From Hyphomonadaceae bacterium (GTDB taxonomy: Bacteria; Pseudomonadota; Alphaproteobacteria; Caulobacterales; Aquidulcibacteraceae), in assembly GCA_050246475.1 (NCBI GenBank), contig JBFWVZ010000006.1, forward strand, positions 83,803-147,802: 64,000 nucleotides of DNA, written 5' to 3'. The notes under the pieces were generated by a model. The model saw nothing but the letters and a program-made list of their open reading frames with translations. It had not been told where the DNA came from and searched no databases. A program made the position numbers and the translations under genes. This document shows, in pieces, positions 1 to 12,571 of the stretch (positions within the stretch are counted from its first letter, which is position 1; each line of letters begins with the position of its first letter).

Positions 1-1935
1 GCGGCCGCGCTGATCCAGCCAGAGCCGGTGATGATCGCCCCGGGGGAGATCGTCGTCGGCGCACCGGTGGAAGAGGAAATCGTCTCCTCCGCTGAATCCC
101 TGCAGACCGAACTGGGGATTGACCGCTCGACGATCGCCTCGCTGCGCACGGGCCTGCGCGCACGGCGCAACAGCGAGGTCGCGCTGCAAGAATTTCCCGA
201 TCACATCCGCCGCCGCGTGCGCGCCCGCGCCGAGAGCCAAGCCTCCGGCGCCGCGCGCGAGGAAGCCCGCCGCGTGCTTGGCCGCCTTGGTGTTGATGGA
301 GAGGTGAACGTGCGCCCCGGCGGCGTTGTCACGGTCAACCTTCGCCGCAATCGCCGCGTGAGCCCAACGGCGTTGCCCCTGGCGCAGCAAGCGCAAACGG
401 AGGCCGCGGCGCCCGGCGCCAACGCGCCTGTCACCACTGGTGACTTGCCCACGACTCCGGATGGGGCCGCGCCCTCGGAGCTGCAAGCGGTTCGTTGGAC
501 TGGCCAACCATGCCCGCGCATCGTCAGCCCGGAAGAATTGGAGCAGGATCTGGAGCTCGCGACCCGCTGCGCGGTTGCGCGTCTCGAAGCGTCGGGTCAA
601 TTTGAGTACGTCGATCCGAATTTCATCGCGACGATCGATTTCGATCGTTTGCCGGGCGTGCGTCCGTCAACGCCGCCGCCCACGCAGCCCACGCCGAGCA
701 ATCCCACGCCGGCGCAGCCGGCTGAACCGGCGACGATGCTGCCCAACGATCCGCTAGAAGCGCTCCAATGGCACTATCGCGCGCGCGGCGCCGCGGCCGG
801 CCAATCCCCGGGCGGCGCGGGCTTTGAGGCTTTCTGGGTCGGCGCGCGCCAAGTCGGCTCGCGCGGCATTCGCGTCGCGGTGGTCGATACCGGCCTTGAT
901 ACGCGCCATCCCGAAATCGCCGGATCGCCGAACGTCGCCGCCGGCGTCGATCTGATCGCCAACACCGAGCGCGCCGGCGATGGCGATGGTCCCGACGCTG
1001 ATGCTTTCGACGTCGGCGATCGCTGCGGCACGGCGACGGAAAATTCTTATCACGGCACCCATGTCGCCGGCACGATCGGCGCGGTGCGCACTAACAATCG
1101 CGTCGGCATCGCCGGCGCCGCGTGGAACGTGACGGTCGTGCCCGTGCGCGTGCTGGGCCGCTGCGGCGGCGAACTGGCCGATATCGCCTCCGGCATTCGC
1201 TGGGCGGCGGGCCTTGCGCCGGCGGTGCTTCCCGACGGACGTCAACTCGCCAACGGCAATCCAGCCGACATCATCAATCTCTCGCTTTCTGTCGGCGTGC
1301 CGTGCCCCGCGTCGATGCAATCGGCGATCGACGCCGCCGTCGCGCGCGGCGCGGTGATCGTTGTCGCGGCAGGAAACAAATCGGGCCAGACCCGCAATTA
1401 CGCGCCGGCGAACTGCAACAACGTCATCGTCGTCGGCGCCAACGACGAACGCGGGAATCTGTCCTTCTATTCGAACTTCGGCCCCGAGGTGGACATCCTC
1501 GCCCCAGGCGGCGACGTCTTCGCCGATCGCGATGGGGACGGCCGCCCCGACGGCGTGCTCTCCGCCCGCACCGCCACCACGGGCTGCTACGATCCGGCCA
1601 ACAACGCCGCCGCCGCCCAAACTTGCAACTACACCTTCCTGCAGGGGACCTCGATGGCAGCGCCTCACGTCTCAGCGGCGCTCGCGCTTCTAGCGTCGCA
1701 GACGGGCCTGCGCGGGCGCGAATTGGAGAACGCGCTGTTCACCCGTGCGTTAGGCCCTATTGATCCGGCGCAATGCCGCATCGAGTGCGCACGCAATTCT
1801 GCCGCGAGCCCCATTCCGGGGAACGCCACCATGTGCATGCGCGCATGCGGGCGCGGCATGCTCGATATGGCGCGCGCGGCGACCGCGCCGCCGATCACTC
1901 AGCCCGCGGCCGCGGCGCAAAGAAGGCGCCGCTGA
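1..1935 (+). CDS. Subtilisin-like serine protease (peptidase S8), probably 5'-truncated by the window edge
   Basis: Track ORF 28-1935; the frame stays open back to nt 1. Triad motifs VAVVDTGLD (Asp), HGTHVAGTIG (His), GTSMAAPHVS (Ser). Confidence 0.85.
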   Translation, partial: AAALIQPEPVMIAPGEIVVGAPVEEEIVSSAESLQTELGIDRSTIASLRTGLRARRNSEVALQEFPDHIRRRVRARAESQASGAAREEARRVLGRLGVDGEVNVRPGGVVTVNLRRNRRVSPTALPLAQQAQTEAAAPGANAPVTTGDLPTTPDGAAPSELQAVRWTGQPCPRIVSPEELEQDLELATRCAVARLEASGQFEYVDPNFIATIDFDRLPGVRPSTPPPTQPTPSNPTPAQPAEPATMLPNDPLEALQWHYRARGAAAGQSPGGAGFEAFWVGARQVGSRGIRVAVVDTGLDTRHPEIAGSPNVAAGVDLIANTERAGDGDGPDADAFDVGDRCGTATENSYHGTHVAGTIGAVRTNNRVGIAGAAWNVTVVPVRVLGRCGGELADIASGIRWAAGLAPAVLPDGRQLANGNPADIINLSLSVGVPCPASMQSAIDAAVARGAVIVVAAGNKSGQTRNYAPANCNNVIVVGANDERGNLSFYSNFGPEVDILAPGGDVFADRDGDGRPDGVLSARTATTGCYDPANNAAAAQTCNYTFLQGTSMAAPHVSAALALLASQTGLRGRELENALFTRALGPIDPAQCRIECARNSAASPIPGNATMCMRACGRGMLDMARAATAPPITQPAAAAQRRRR

Positions 1936-1960
1936 CCGCCTTTCCGGAGGCTTGAAGCCG

Positions 1961-2485
1961 ATGGACGATAGAGCATTGCAGCGTTGGGGCGTCATTGTCG
2001 GCGGCGGCATGATCGCAGCCGCCTTCGCCGCCGCAACCTTGACTGCGCCGGAAGTCGGCCCTGCCGAAACCGCCGCGCCGGCGGCGCAAAACCGAGAGCC
2101 GGTGACGTTGCCTTCGAACAACGCCCTCGTGCAGCCGGCTGGGGACGCCGCAACGCCCCCGCCGGCCAGCGGGCGCATCGTGTCCTTCATTGTGCGTTTT
2201 GAAGGAACGCACCCGATGGCGCGCGCACAGGCGCTTGAAGCGCAAGGCCAGCACGCGCAAGCGGTGCGCACCGCGGAGCAAGCCCTCCGCACACGGACGG
2301 AAATGCAGGGACTTTGCTTCGATCGCTTCACACTCGGCGGCGCCGAGATCGTGCTGAAGTCCTGCGAAGCGATCGCCGCCAATCAGCAGCAGACCTACAC
2401 CCGGCAATGGACCGAGCGTCTAAACGCCATGCCCGGCGTCGATTACGCGGAGTTCAACGCCATCGCCCAGCCGGAGCAAAACTGA
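1961..2485 (+). CDS. Hypothetical membrane-anchored protein
   Basis: Internal ATG of track ORF 1760-2485 (MDDRALQRWGVIVGGGMIAAAFAAATL = one TM helix), GGAGG about 12 nt upstream, stop abuts the next gene (TGAATG). No family recognised. Confidence 0.5.
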   Translation: MDDRALQRWGVIVGGGMIAAAFAAATLTAPEVGPAETAAPAAQNREPVTLPSNNALVQPAGDAATPPPASGRIVSFIVRFEGTHPMARAQALEAQGQHAQAVRTAEQALRTRTEMQGLCFDRFTLGGAEIVLKSCEAIAANQQQTYTRQWTERLNAMPGVDYAEFNAIAQPEQN

Positions 2486-3391
2486 ATGAGCGCATTGCCC
2501 GCGGAATCGCAGGAATTTGTCGAACGCCGCATCAAGTCGGCTGACGGCCTGTCGATCTACGTGCGGGACTATGCGGCGCTAGCTCCTGAAACGGGCGTCC
2601 CCGTCTTTTGCCTCCATGGCCTCACGCGCAACTCGAAGGATTTCGACGTTGTCGCGCCGCGCATCGCGGCGTTGGGGCGCCGCACCCTCGCGTGGGACAC
2701 GCGCGGAAGAGGGCTCTCCGATCGCGATAGCGAACCCGCGCGCTACAATCCCGCTATCTATGTGCAGGATGCGTTGGCGACGCTCGATCAGCTCTCCATT
2801 GAGAAAGCAGTCTTCGTCGGCACCTCGATGGGCGGCCTCATCACGATGGTGCTCTCCGCCATGGCGCCCCAGCGCATTGCGGCGTCCGTGCTGAACGATA
2901 TCGGCCCCGAGATCGATCCCACCGGCCTCGCGCGCATCGCTGGCTATGTCGGAAACAGGAAGCCCGTCACCAATTGGGACGAAGCCGCCGAAGCTATCAA
3001 GGGCATCAACGGCGTGGCTTTCCCAGATAAGCTGAACGATCACGCATTCTGGCTGCGCTTCGCGCACAACACCTTCCGCCAACAGCCGGACGGCTCGTTT
3101 GCCGCCGACTACGATCCCGCGATAGCCGATGCGTTCAAAACGCCCGAGGGCCAAGAGCCCGCGCCGCAGCCGGATCTGAAGCCGCTCTTCGCCGCTTTGT
3201 CCGCGGCCGGGCCCGTGCTCGTGGTGCGCGGCGGCATTTCCGATCTTTTGTCGCCCGCGGGCGTCGCGACCATGAAGGGCCTCAACCCGAAGCTCGAAAC
3301 GGTGGACGTCCCGCGTGTTGGGCACGCGCCGACGCTCGAAGAACCCGAGGCCTGGAACGCGATCGTCAGCTTCCTGGCGAAAGTCGCTTAA
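2486..3391 (+). CDS. Alpha/beta-fold hydrolase
   Basis: FCLHGLTRNSKDFD oxyanion region and GTSMGG nucleophile elbow (GxSxG). Confidence 0.8.
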   Translation: MSALPAESQEFVERRIKSADGLSIYVRDYAALAPETGVPVFCLHGLTRNSKDFDVVAPRIAALGRRTLAWDTRGRGLSDRDSEPARYNPAIYVQDALATLDQLSIEKAVFVGTSMGGLITMVLSAMAPQRIAASVLNDIGPEIDPTGLARIAGYVGNRKPVTNWDEAAEAIKGINGVAFPDKLNDHAFWLRFAHNTFRQQPDGSFAADYDPAIADAFKTPEGQEPAPQPDLKPLFAALSAAGPVLVVRGGISDLLSPAGVATMKGLNPKLETVDVPRVGHAPTLEEPEAWNAIVSFLAKVA

Positions 3392-4524
3392 AGCGAATCC
3401 CTAAAGAGCGCGTCGTATTCCGCATCTTTCATCGGAATGGCGTTCGTGAACGTCGCGATGTCGGAGAGCGCGTAGGGCTTCGCGTCCGGCCAATGCGCTT
3501 CCGTGACGCCCACCGCTGAGAGCGAAGCCGGAATGCCGGTGCGTTGATTGAGCGCCGCCACCGCATCCGCGACATCTGCTTTTTCGCTCAAGCCCATCGC
3601 TTTGCGCAGCCGCGCGAACTTCTCGCCGCCCACGCCCGCTTGCTGAATCTGCCGCAGCGCATGCGGCAGGATGATCGCGTTGAGCGTCCCATGATGCAGC
3701 TTCAAATCTTGGAGCCGCCCGAACGCATGCGAAAGCCCATGCACGGCGCCCAAGCCTTTGACGAAGGCGAGCGCGCCCTCATAGCTCGCCATCATCATCG
3801 CCCAGCGCGCATCGCGATCACTGCCGTCCGCCACCGCGCGCTCCAGATTGCCCGCGCCCACCGCACGTTCGACCCCGTCGAGCCCGATCGCTTCCGCAGG
3901 CGGATGCACGACAGGCGAGAGCACCGCTTCGATGCAATGGGTCACCGCATCCATGCCGGTCGCGGCGGTGAGTGACGCCGGCAGCCCAAGCGTCAGCTCC
4001 GGATCGCAGAGCGCTGTCGATGGAATGAGGAAGGGCGAGACGAACGTCTCTTTCCGCCCGTTCTCTAGAATGAGCACGAAGCCGACCGAGACTTCGCTCC
4101 CAGTGCCCGCTGTCGTCGGCACGGCGACGAGCGGCGGAATCTTTTTGATCTTCTTCGTGCCGCGCTGCGTGCCGCCATATTGTTCGTAGGGCGCCTCGTG
4201 CGTGGCCATGAGCCCGACGGCCTTCGCCATATCCATGGAAGAGCCGCCGCCGAGCGCCACCAGCCCATCCGCGCCCGACGCCGTGTAAGCCGCCGCCGCA
4301 ACATTCGCGGCTTCCTCGGTTGGGTTCGCCGGCGTGTCGCTATAGACGCCTGCTGGCTCGCTCCCCAAAGCCGCGAGCAGGCGCTCGAGCAGTCCATTCG
4401 CCTTGAGTCCCGGATCGGTGACGATGAAGGGCCGCGAGACGCCGTGGGCCTTGAGGATATTCGGCAACTGCGCGAGCGCGCCGAAATCGAACACGCATTG
4501 CGTGAGATATTGCATATTGGGCAT
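3388..4524 (-). CDS. Iron-containing (group III) alcohol dehydrogenase
   Basis: GGGSSMDMAKAV motif and His-rich metal-site region (HCIEAV, HGLSHAF). Confidence 0.85.
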   Translation of the reverse strand: MPNMQYLTQCVFDFGALAQLPNILKAHGVSRPFIVTDPGLKANGLLERLLAALGSEPAGVYSDTPANPTEEAANVAAAAYTASGADGLVALGGGSSMDMAKAVGLMATHEAPYEQYGGTQRGTKKIKKIPPLVAVPTTAGTGSEVSVGFVLILENGRKETFVSPFLIPSTALCDPELTLGLPASLTAATGMDAVTHCIEAVLSPVVHPPAEAIGLDGVERAVGAGNLERAVADGSDRDARWAMMMASYEGALAFVKGLGAVHGLSHAFGRLQDLKLHHGTLNAIILPHALRQIQQAGVGGEKFARLRKAMGLSEKADVADAVAALNQRTGIPASLSAVGVTEAHWPDAKPYALSDIATFTNAIPMKDAEYDALFRDSL

Positions 4525-4612
4525 CGCGCCCGCTTAGCGCTTCGTCGCATCCCTGTCCAAGGGCTGAGGGCGCGCCTTTCCTTCGCCCTGGGCCTCGCCT
4601 AGCTTCGCGGCC

Positions 4613-6424
4613 ATGGCCGAACCCGTTCTCGCGATCAATGATCTCAAAGTCTTGTTCGACACGCCCGACGGCGTCGTCGAGGCCGTCCGCGGCGTCTCCC
4701 TCGAAATCGCCAAGGGCGAGTGCTTGGGCGTGGTGGGCGAATCCGGCTCCGGCAAGAGCCAGACCTTCCTTTCCGCCTTCGGCTTGACGGCGGAGAACGC
4801 CCGCGTATCGGGTTCTGTGAAGTTCCAAGGTCAGGAAATACTGGGCCTGAAGCGGCGCGAGCTGGATTCCTTCCGTGGGCGGAAGGTCTCGTTCGTCTTT
4901 CAGGATCCCCTGACGGCGCTGACGCCCCACCTCACGGTCGAAACGCAGATGGGCGAAGTGCTGGCGCATCACTTCAATCAGAAGGGAGGCGCCGCGCGCG
5001 CCAAGAGCCTCGAATGGCTGGAGCGCGTGCGCATTCCCGAAGCCGCGCGCCGCCTCCGGCAATACCCGCACGAGCTCTCAGGCGGCATGCGCCAGCGCGT
5101 CATGCTGGCGATGGCGATGATGGGCGGTCCCGAACTTCTCGTCGCCGACGAGCCGACAACGGCGCTCGACGCAACGGTTCAGGCGCAAGTCCTCGATCTG
5201 ATGGAGGAGTTGCAGAAAGAGACGGGCACCGCTGTTGCGCTCATCACGCACGATATGGGCGTCATTGCGCGCATGGCGCAACGCGTCGTCGTGATGCGCC
5301 AAGGTCTCATCGTCGAGGAGGGCGGCGTCGATCAGATTTTCACGGCGCCGCAAGCCGATTACACCAAGATGCTGCTGAACGCCGTGCCGCGCATCGAAGG
5401 CGCCAAGCCCGATCTCGCCGCGCCGGACGTGGGCGATCCGCTGCTCAAGGCCGATGATGTGAAAGTGCATTTCCCCATCCGCGTCGAAGGGGGCCTCTTC
5501 GGGCGCACCAAGAAGTTGAAGGCCGTGGACGGCGTCTCTTTCGATCTGCACGCGGGCGAAACGCTCGGCGTCGTCGGCGAAAGCGGCTGCGGCAAGTCCA
5601 CGCTGGCGCGCGCCATCGTGCAACTGCTCCCGCGCACCAGCGGCTCGGTGACGTTCCTTGGCCGCGGCTTGAACGCCGGCGATCAGCGCACCATCCGCGA
5701 ATCCCGCAAGGACCTCCAGATCGTCTTCCAGGATCCGCTTGCGAGCCTCGATCCGCGCATGACGGTGGGCCGCTCCATCGCCGAGCCTCTTGCAACGTTC
5801 CGCCAAGATATGAACGGCCGCCAGCGAGAGGAGGCGGTGCGCGCTCTGATGGAGGAGGTGGGCCTCGATCCCAACCTCATCAATCGCTATCCGCACGAAC
5901 TATCGGGCGGGCAAAACCAGCGCGTCGGCATCGCGCGCGCCATGATCCTGAAGCCCAAGCTCGTTGTTTGTGACGAAGCCGTGTCAGCGCTCGATGTTTC
6001 GATTCAGGCGCAAGTCGTGCGGCTGCTCATCGACCTGCAGAAGCGCTTGAAGATCGCGATGGTCTTCATCAGCCACGATCTCGCCGTCGTGCGCGAAATC
6101 AGTCACAACGTCCTCGTGCTTTATCTTGGCCGCGCCGTTGAATATGGCCCGGCCGAGACAATCCTGCGCAACCCCCAGCACCCTTACACCAGAGCGCTCC
6201 TCGCCGCCGCGCCCGAGCCCGATCCCGCCGCCGCACGCGCACGCACGCGCATTCGCTTGGTCGGCGATTTGCCCAGCCCGCTCGATACGCGCGCCAGCCT
6301 GCGCTTTCTCAAATCCAAGATCGTCGACGATCCTGACGCCGAGCAATACCGCCCGCAAATGCGCGAGGCCGGGCCCGGCCATTGGGTCGCGGAATTCGAT
6401 CCCGAGCCGCGCGAAGCCGCCTGA
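4613..6424 (+). CDS. ABC transporter ATP-binding protein with two fused ATPase cassettes (oligopeptide/dipeptide Dpp/Opp/YejF type)
   Basis: Two Walker A motifs (GESGSGKS, GESGCGKS) and two ABC signatures (LSGGMRQR, LSGGQNQR); oligopeptide-type C-terminal tail. Confidence 0.85.
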   Translation: MAEPVLAINDLKVLFDTPDGVVEAVRGVSLEIAKGECLGVVGESGSGKSQTFLSAFGLTAENARVSGSVKFQGQEILGLKRRELDSFRGRKVSFVFQDPLTALTPHLTVETQMGEVLAHHFNQKGGAARAKSLEWLERVRIPEAARRLRQYPHELSGGMRQRVMLAMAMMGGPELLVADEPTTALDATVQAQVLDLMEELQKETGTAVALITHDMGVIARMAQRVVVMRQGLIVEEGGVDQIFTAPQADYTKMLLNAVPRIEGAKPDLAAPDVGDPLLKADDVKVHFPIRVEGGLFGRTKKLKAVDGVSFDLHAGETLGVVGESGCGKSTLARAIVQLLPRTSGSVTFLGRGLNAGDQRTIRESRKDLQIVFQDPLASLDPRMTVGRSIAEPLATFRQDMNGRQREEAVRALMEEVGLDPNLINRYPHELSGGQNQRVGIARAMILKPKLVVCDEAVSALDVSIQAQVVRLLIDLQKRLKIAMVFISHDLAVVREISHNVLVLYLGRAVEYGPAETILRNPQHPYTRALLAAAPEPDPAAARARTRIRLVGDLPSPLDTRASLRFLKSKIVDDPDAEQYRPQMREAGPGHWVAEFDPEPREAA

Positions 6425-6524
6425 GCGGCGAAATGACGCCCGTCACGGCAAAATGAGTGGCGCGCCGCGAAACGAACGCCCATGTCTCGCGTTTGAGAGG
6501 GACGCGTTTATCGGAGTGTGCGCC

Positions 6525-6953
6525 ATGAAATCATGGTTGGTTGCATGCGCCTTGAGCGTCGGCGTGTTCATCGCCCCCGCCTCGGCGCAAGATGAAACAC
6601 AGAAGAGTGCCGATGCTGTCGCCGAGCAAGAAAGCCCATATGTGATCCTGCGCGAGAACGTGTCGATCCCGTTCGCCAACCGCGCCATCCGGGGCTTTGA
6701 GGCTGGAGAGGATCGCCGCTCCGTCATCTTCCGCGGGCCTGGCCGGCGCCATTACCGCGCCGAACTCGACAGCTTCTGCGCGCGTAATTTGCGCTTCGAG
6801 AGCCGGATCGGAATGCGCTCCGGCCCCGTCGATGACACGCTGCGTCGCGGTTCGACGCTCTATATCGATCGCGATCGCTGTATGATCCTGTCGCTCGACG
6901 AAATCGCCGATCCGCGCGCCCAGGCGCGCGCAGAAGCCGCGGAACAAAACTAG
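6525..6953 (+). CDS. Secreted hypothetical protein
   Basis: Internal ATG of ORF 6126-6953; signal peptide MKSWLVACALSVGVFIAPASAQ. Two Cys residues. No confident family. Confidence 0.5.
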   Translation: MKSWLVACALSVGVFIAPASAQDETQKSADAVAEQESPYVILRENVSIPFANRAIRGFEAGEDRRSVIFRGPGRRHYRAELDSFCARNLRFESRIGMRSGPVDDTLRRGSTLYIDRDRCMILSLDEIADPRAQARAEAAEQN

Positions 6954-7008
6954 CTCTGCGGCGGTGCGCCGTCTGGACCGGCGCGTTGTCAGCGCCGATG
7001 TGTCATGC

Positions 7009-7362
7009 ATGGATGATGGATCGTTTCCGCAGCGGGCCTTCGCCGCGCCTGGCCCCGAAATGTGCCGCACGATGACTGACGTGCGCGCCGGCGTCGATGA
7101 GGTCGACGCTATGCTTGTCGCGCTTATCCGCCGCCGTCAGGGCTATATGGACGCAGCGGCCCGCATCAAGCCGGAGCGCGCGCTCGTGCGCGATGAGGCG
7201 CGCATCGCGCAGGTGCTGTCGAACGTAAAGCGTCATGCCGAAAAGGCAGGCCTCTCCTGGGACATCGCGGAGCCGGTCTGGCGCACAATGATCGAGCGCT
7301 GCATCGCCCACGAACTTGTCGAATATGATCGCCTGCAAGCGCAAAGCAGCGCCAAGGGCTGA
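7009..7362 (+). CDS. Chorismate mutase type II domain protein (start uncertain: 7009/7060/7072)
   Basis: MTDVRAGVDEVDAMLVALIRRRQGYMDAAARIK...VRDEARIAQVL matches the AroQ-class helical pattern. Confidence 0.7.
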   Translation: MDDGSFPQRAFAAPGPEMCRTMTDVRAGVDEVDAMLVALIRRRQGYMDAAARIKPERALVRDEARIAQVLSNVKRHAEKAGLSWDIAEPVWRTMIERCIAHELVEYDRLQAQSSAKG

Positions 7363-7585
7363 CGCGCCCGGGCGGCTTGGCTATGGTTTGGTCGGGGCAG
7401 CTGGGATGGGCTTCGGGCCGAGGGGGCCTGATGCACGCCGATTCGAAGCACGAGTGCGATGCGGGCTTTCGCGCGCGGGGCGAGAGCGTTCGCGCCTTTG
7501 CGCGCCCGCGCCTTGCCGCGTCGCGCCCGCGCGGGGGCGATGCTAGCGTGGGCTGCTCGGATTGGGCCGGTGAGGGGCGCTTCCA

Positions 7586-10004
<2,419 letters not shown>

Positions 10005-10039
10005 CGCTGACGCGGCGTCGCGTGCGATAGGCGAGGGCC

Positions 10040-10873
10040 TTGCCGCCGCTCGCCATCGCCGCCGCGCTCACCTCCGCGCTCATTCACGCCAGCTGGAACG
10101 CGCTCATGAAGGGCGGCCGCGATCGCATCGCGGATTCGTTCCTGCTCGCGCTCGGCTGCATCGCCTTCGCGCTGGCGCTCATCGCGTTCAACGGCTTTCC
10201 CGCGCGCGCGGCGTGGCCCTTTCTCGCCATCTCCGTCGTCGTCCACGCCATCTACTGGCTGACGGTCGTCAAAGGCTACGACGCGGGCGATCTCTCCCAC
10301 GTCTATACGATCTCGCGCGGCGGCGCCCCTTTGCTCGTCGCCCTTGGCGCTGCAATCGCCGCGCGCGAAATCCCTTCGCTGGGCGATGGCATTGGCATCG
10401 CACTCGTCAGCGCCGGCGTATTGACGATCGGCGTCAGTCCCAACGCGCCGTTGCGCGCGACGCTCTGGGCGCTCGCCTGCGCCTCGTGCATCGCGACATA
10501 TTCCCTGGTGGATGCCATGGGCGCGCGCGCTTCTGGCGATGCGCTCACCTATATCGGCTGGTCCACCTTGGGCACGGGTGTGCCGCTCGGTCTCTTCTGC
10601 CTCGTCCGCCGCGGCCCCGCACGCATGTTGTCGGACGTGCGCGTCGATCCCTGGCGCGGCATCGGCGCGGGCGCGATCTCGAGCGCCGGGTTTGGCATCG
10701 TGCTCTGGGCGCAGACCTTCGCACCCATCGCGCAGGTGACGGCGCTGCGCGAAACCTCTGTCGTCTTTGGCGCGCTGATCGCGTGGCTCTTCTTGAAGGA
10801 GCGCATGGGCCCGCGCCGCTGGACGGGCGTATTGATCGTGGCGGCCGGCGCGCTGTTGATCGGTTTCGCTTAG
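10040..10873 (+). CDS. EamA/DMT-family membrane transporter
   Basis: About 10 hydrophobic helices in a two-repeat EamA-like organisation; TTG start. Confidence 0.65.
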   Translation: MPPLAIAAALTSALIHASWNALMKGGRDRIADSFLLALGCIAFALALIAFNGFPARAAWPFLAISVVVHAIYWLTVVKGYDAGDLSHVYTISRGGAPLLVALGAAIAAREIPSLGDGIGIALVSAGVLTIGVSPNAPLRATLWALACASCIATYSLVDAMGARASGDALTYIGWSTLGTGVPLGLFCLVRRGPARMLSDVRVDPWRGIGAGAISSAGFGIVLWAQTFAPIAQVTALRETSVVFGALIAWLFLKERMGPRRWTGVLIVAAGALLIGFA

Positions 10874-11349
10874 CGCTCGGGCGTGGGCGCCGTCATTTGG
10901 CGTACGATGCGCCATTCACCATCGTCCTGCAGCGCCCAAGTCATGAGGTGACGCCCCCGCGCCATTCCTGTTTGGCGCGTGGCGGGATCGGTGAACGTCA
11001 ACTCATAGACGCCGACTGCGACGCCCAACTCGCCGCTTGCCGCCACCAGCGGCGGATCGGAATGAAACGTCAGCGTGAAGGCGGGGTCGGTCAGGAATTG
11101 CTCGAACAATCCGCGCAGCGCCTCGCGGTTCGGAACGGGATCCCTCCCGGAAAGCATCACGATGGCGTCCGGCGCGTAGGCGTTCATGATCGCATCCACG
11201 TCGCGCGAAGCCCACCCCGCGGCTTCCGCCGCTTCGGCTTGCAGAATGCGTTCGCCGATAGCTTGAAAGTCCGGTTCGGGCGCCGTCGCCGGCGCCGGCG
11301 CGCACGCCGCCAGGAGCGCCAGTCCCGTGATTGCGTGGATCATCCGCAT
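10870..11349 (-). CDS. SnoaL/NTF2-like (DUF4440-type) lipoprotein
   Basis: Lipobox MRMIHAITGLALLAAC, then an NTF2-like pattern (WASRDVDAIMNAYAPDAIVM, EWRIVRQM). Confidence 0.6.
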   Translation of the reverse strand: MRMIHAITGLALLAACAPAPATAPEPDFQAIGERILQAEAAEAAGWASRDVDAIMNAYAPDAIVMLSGRDPVPNREALRGLFEQFLTDPAFTLTFHSDPPLVAASGELGVAVGVYELTFTDPATRQTGMARGRHLMTWALQDDGEWRIVRQMTAPTPER

Positions 11350-11473
11350 GGTTCGCCTCCCGCTTGCAGGCTGGCGAATCTAGCCCGCCGAGAATCGTTG
11401 GCGGATCACACCTTGGTTGGCGGGGGCCGGAAGCCATCACGTCTGCTTGAGAACGCGCACCTGGACCAATCCG

Positions 11474-11510
11474 AAAAAACGGCCGCGCAGCCAATGAAGG
11501 CGCGCGGCCG
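11474..11510 (-). terminator. Intrinsic terminator (9-bp GC stem followed by a U6 run on the minus strand)
   Basis: CGGCCGCGC (11480-11488) pairs with GCGCGGCCG (11502-11510). The plus-strand A6 at 11474-11479 reads as U6 after the hairpin on the minus strand. Confidence 0.6.
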
Positions 11511-11567
11511 AAAGGGATTGCCTCGGGGGAGGAAACGCCCGGAGGGCGCGTGCGCGAGGCGGCGCAC
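11474..11567 (-). ncRNA. Candidate trans-acting small RNA with a C/U-rich anti-Shine-Dalgarno tract (5' end is a guess)
   Basis: Minus strand reads ...CGCCCUCCGGGCGUUUCCUCCCCCGAGGCAAUCCCUUU + terminator. Possible promoter TTGTTG (11597-11602) - 17 nt - CATATC (11574-11579). No ORF. Confidence 0.3.
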
Positions 11568-11644
11568 GACCGCGATATGGGCGCCTGAATCGCGCGCAAC
11601 AAGGCGTGTGCGCGGCGATTTCTGGGCGCTCCGTTACGGCAGGT

Positions 11645-12535
11645 TTAGCCAGTCCAGCCCGCCGCCTGCTCGATCAGGAATTGCCGGAAAGCCGCGATCC
11701 GCTTCGAGCGCTTGAGATCGCTCGGATAGATGAAATAGACCTCGAACGACGGGCCATCGAGATCGGGCAGCACTTTCACGAGGTCTTGCGCGCCGCGCGC
11801 CATGTAGTCGGGCAGGCTGGCGACGCCGAAGCCCGATTCAACCGCGCGCAACATTCCGTATACGTTGTTGATCTCGAGCGCCGGCGCGCGCGGGCGGGCG
11901 TCTTCGCGTCCAGCGCGCGTCGCCCAATCGAGCTCCCGCATCGCGTTGGGCGCATTCACTTGGTAGGCGATGATGCGGTGCTCATCGAGATCTTCGACCT
12001 TTTGCGGCGCGCCATGCTTCGCGACGTACGCCTTCGACGCGTAGAGGCTCACATGCACTTCGAGGATTTTGCGCTGAATGAGATCGGCGTGCGTGGCGGC
12101 CCAGAGCCGCACCGCGCACTCCGCCTCGAGCTTCAGGAGATCGAGTTCGCGGTCATCGAGCAGCAGCTGCACGCGCGTCTCGGGATAGGATTCCGCGAAC
12201 GTCACCAGCCGCGGCGCAAGCCAGGTCGAGCCGAACGCAACTGGCGCCGTGACTCTGAGATCGCCCATCACCTTTTCGCGCGCGTCCTTGAGCGCGGATT
12301 CCGCGATCATCGCCGCGGACGCCATCTCGCGGGTGAACTCGCGCAGCGCCATGCCTGGCCCGGTGAGCAACAGCCCGCGCGCATGCCGCTGAAAGAGCGG
12401 CACGCCCATGCCTGCTTCGAGCGCCGCGATTTGCCGCGACACCGCCGATTGCGAAACGCCCAGCCGTTCCGCGGCTGCCGTGAGGCTTCCGGTTTCGGCC
12501 GCGTAGTGGAAAGTCTTGAGCTTGTCCCAGTCCAT
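11645..12535 (-). CDS. LysR-family transcriptional regulator, VtlR/LsrB-like
   Basis: HTH motif LTAAAERLGVSQSAVSRQIAALE. The N-terminus MDWDKLKTFHYAAETGS and C-terminal NNVYG...LPDY...PSFEVYFIYP resemble my recollection of rhizobial LsrB/VtlR. Confidence 0.88.
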   Translation of the reverse strand: MDWDKLKTFHYAAETGSLTAAAERLGVSQSAVSRQIAALEAGMGVPLFQRHARGLLLTGPGMALREFTREMASAAMIAESALKDAREKVMGDLRVTAPVAFGSTWLAPRLVTFAESYPETRVQLLLDDRELDLLKLEAECAVRLWAATHADLIQRKILEVHVSLYASKAYVAKHGAPQKVEDLDEHRIIAYQVNAPNAMRELDWATRAGREDARPRAPALEINNVYGMLRAVESGFGVASLPDYMARGAQDLVKVLPDLDGPSFEVYFIYPSDLKRSKRIAAFRQFLIEQAAGWTG

Positions 12536-12571
12536 GCGTGGCCCGCGGTTGCGGCCCCGCCGCTCTCAACG

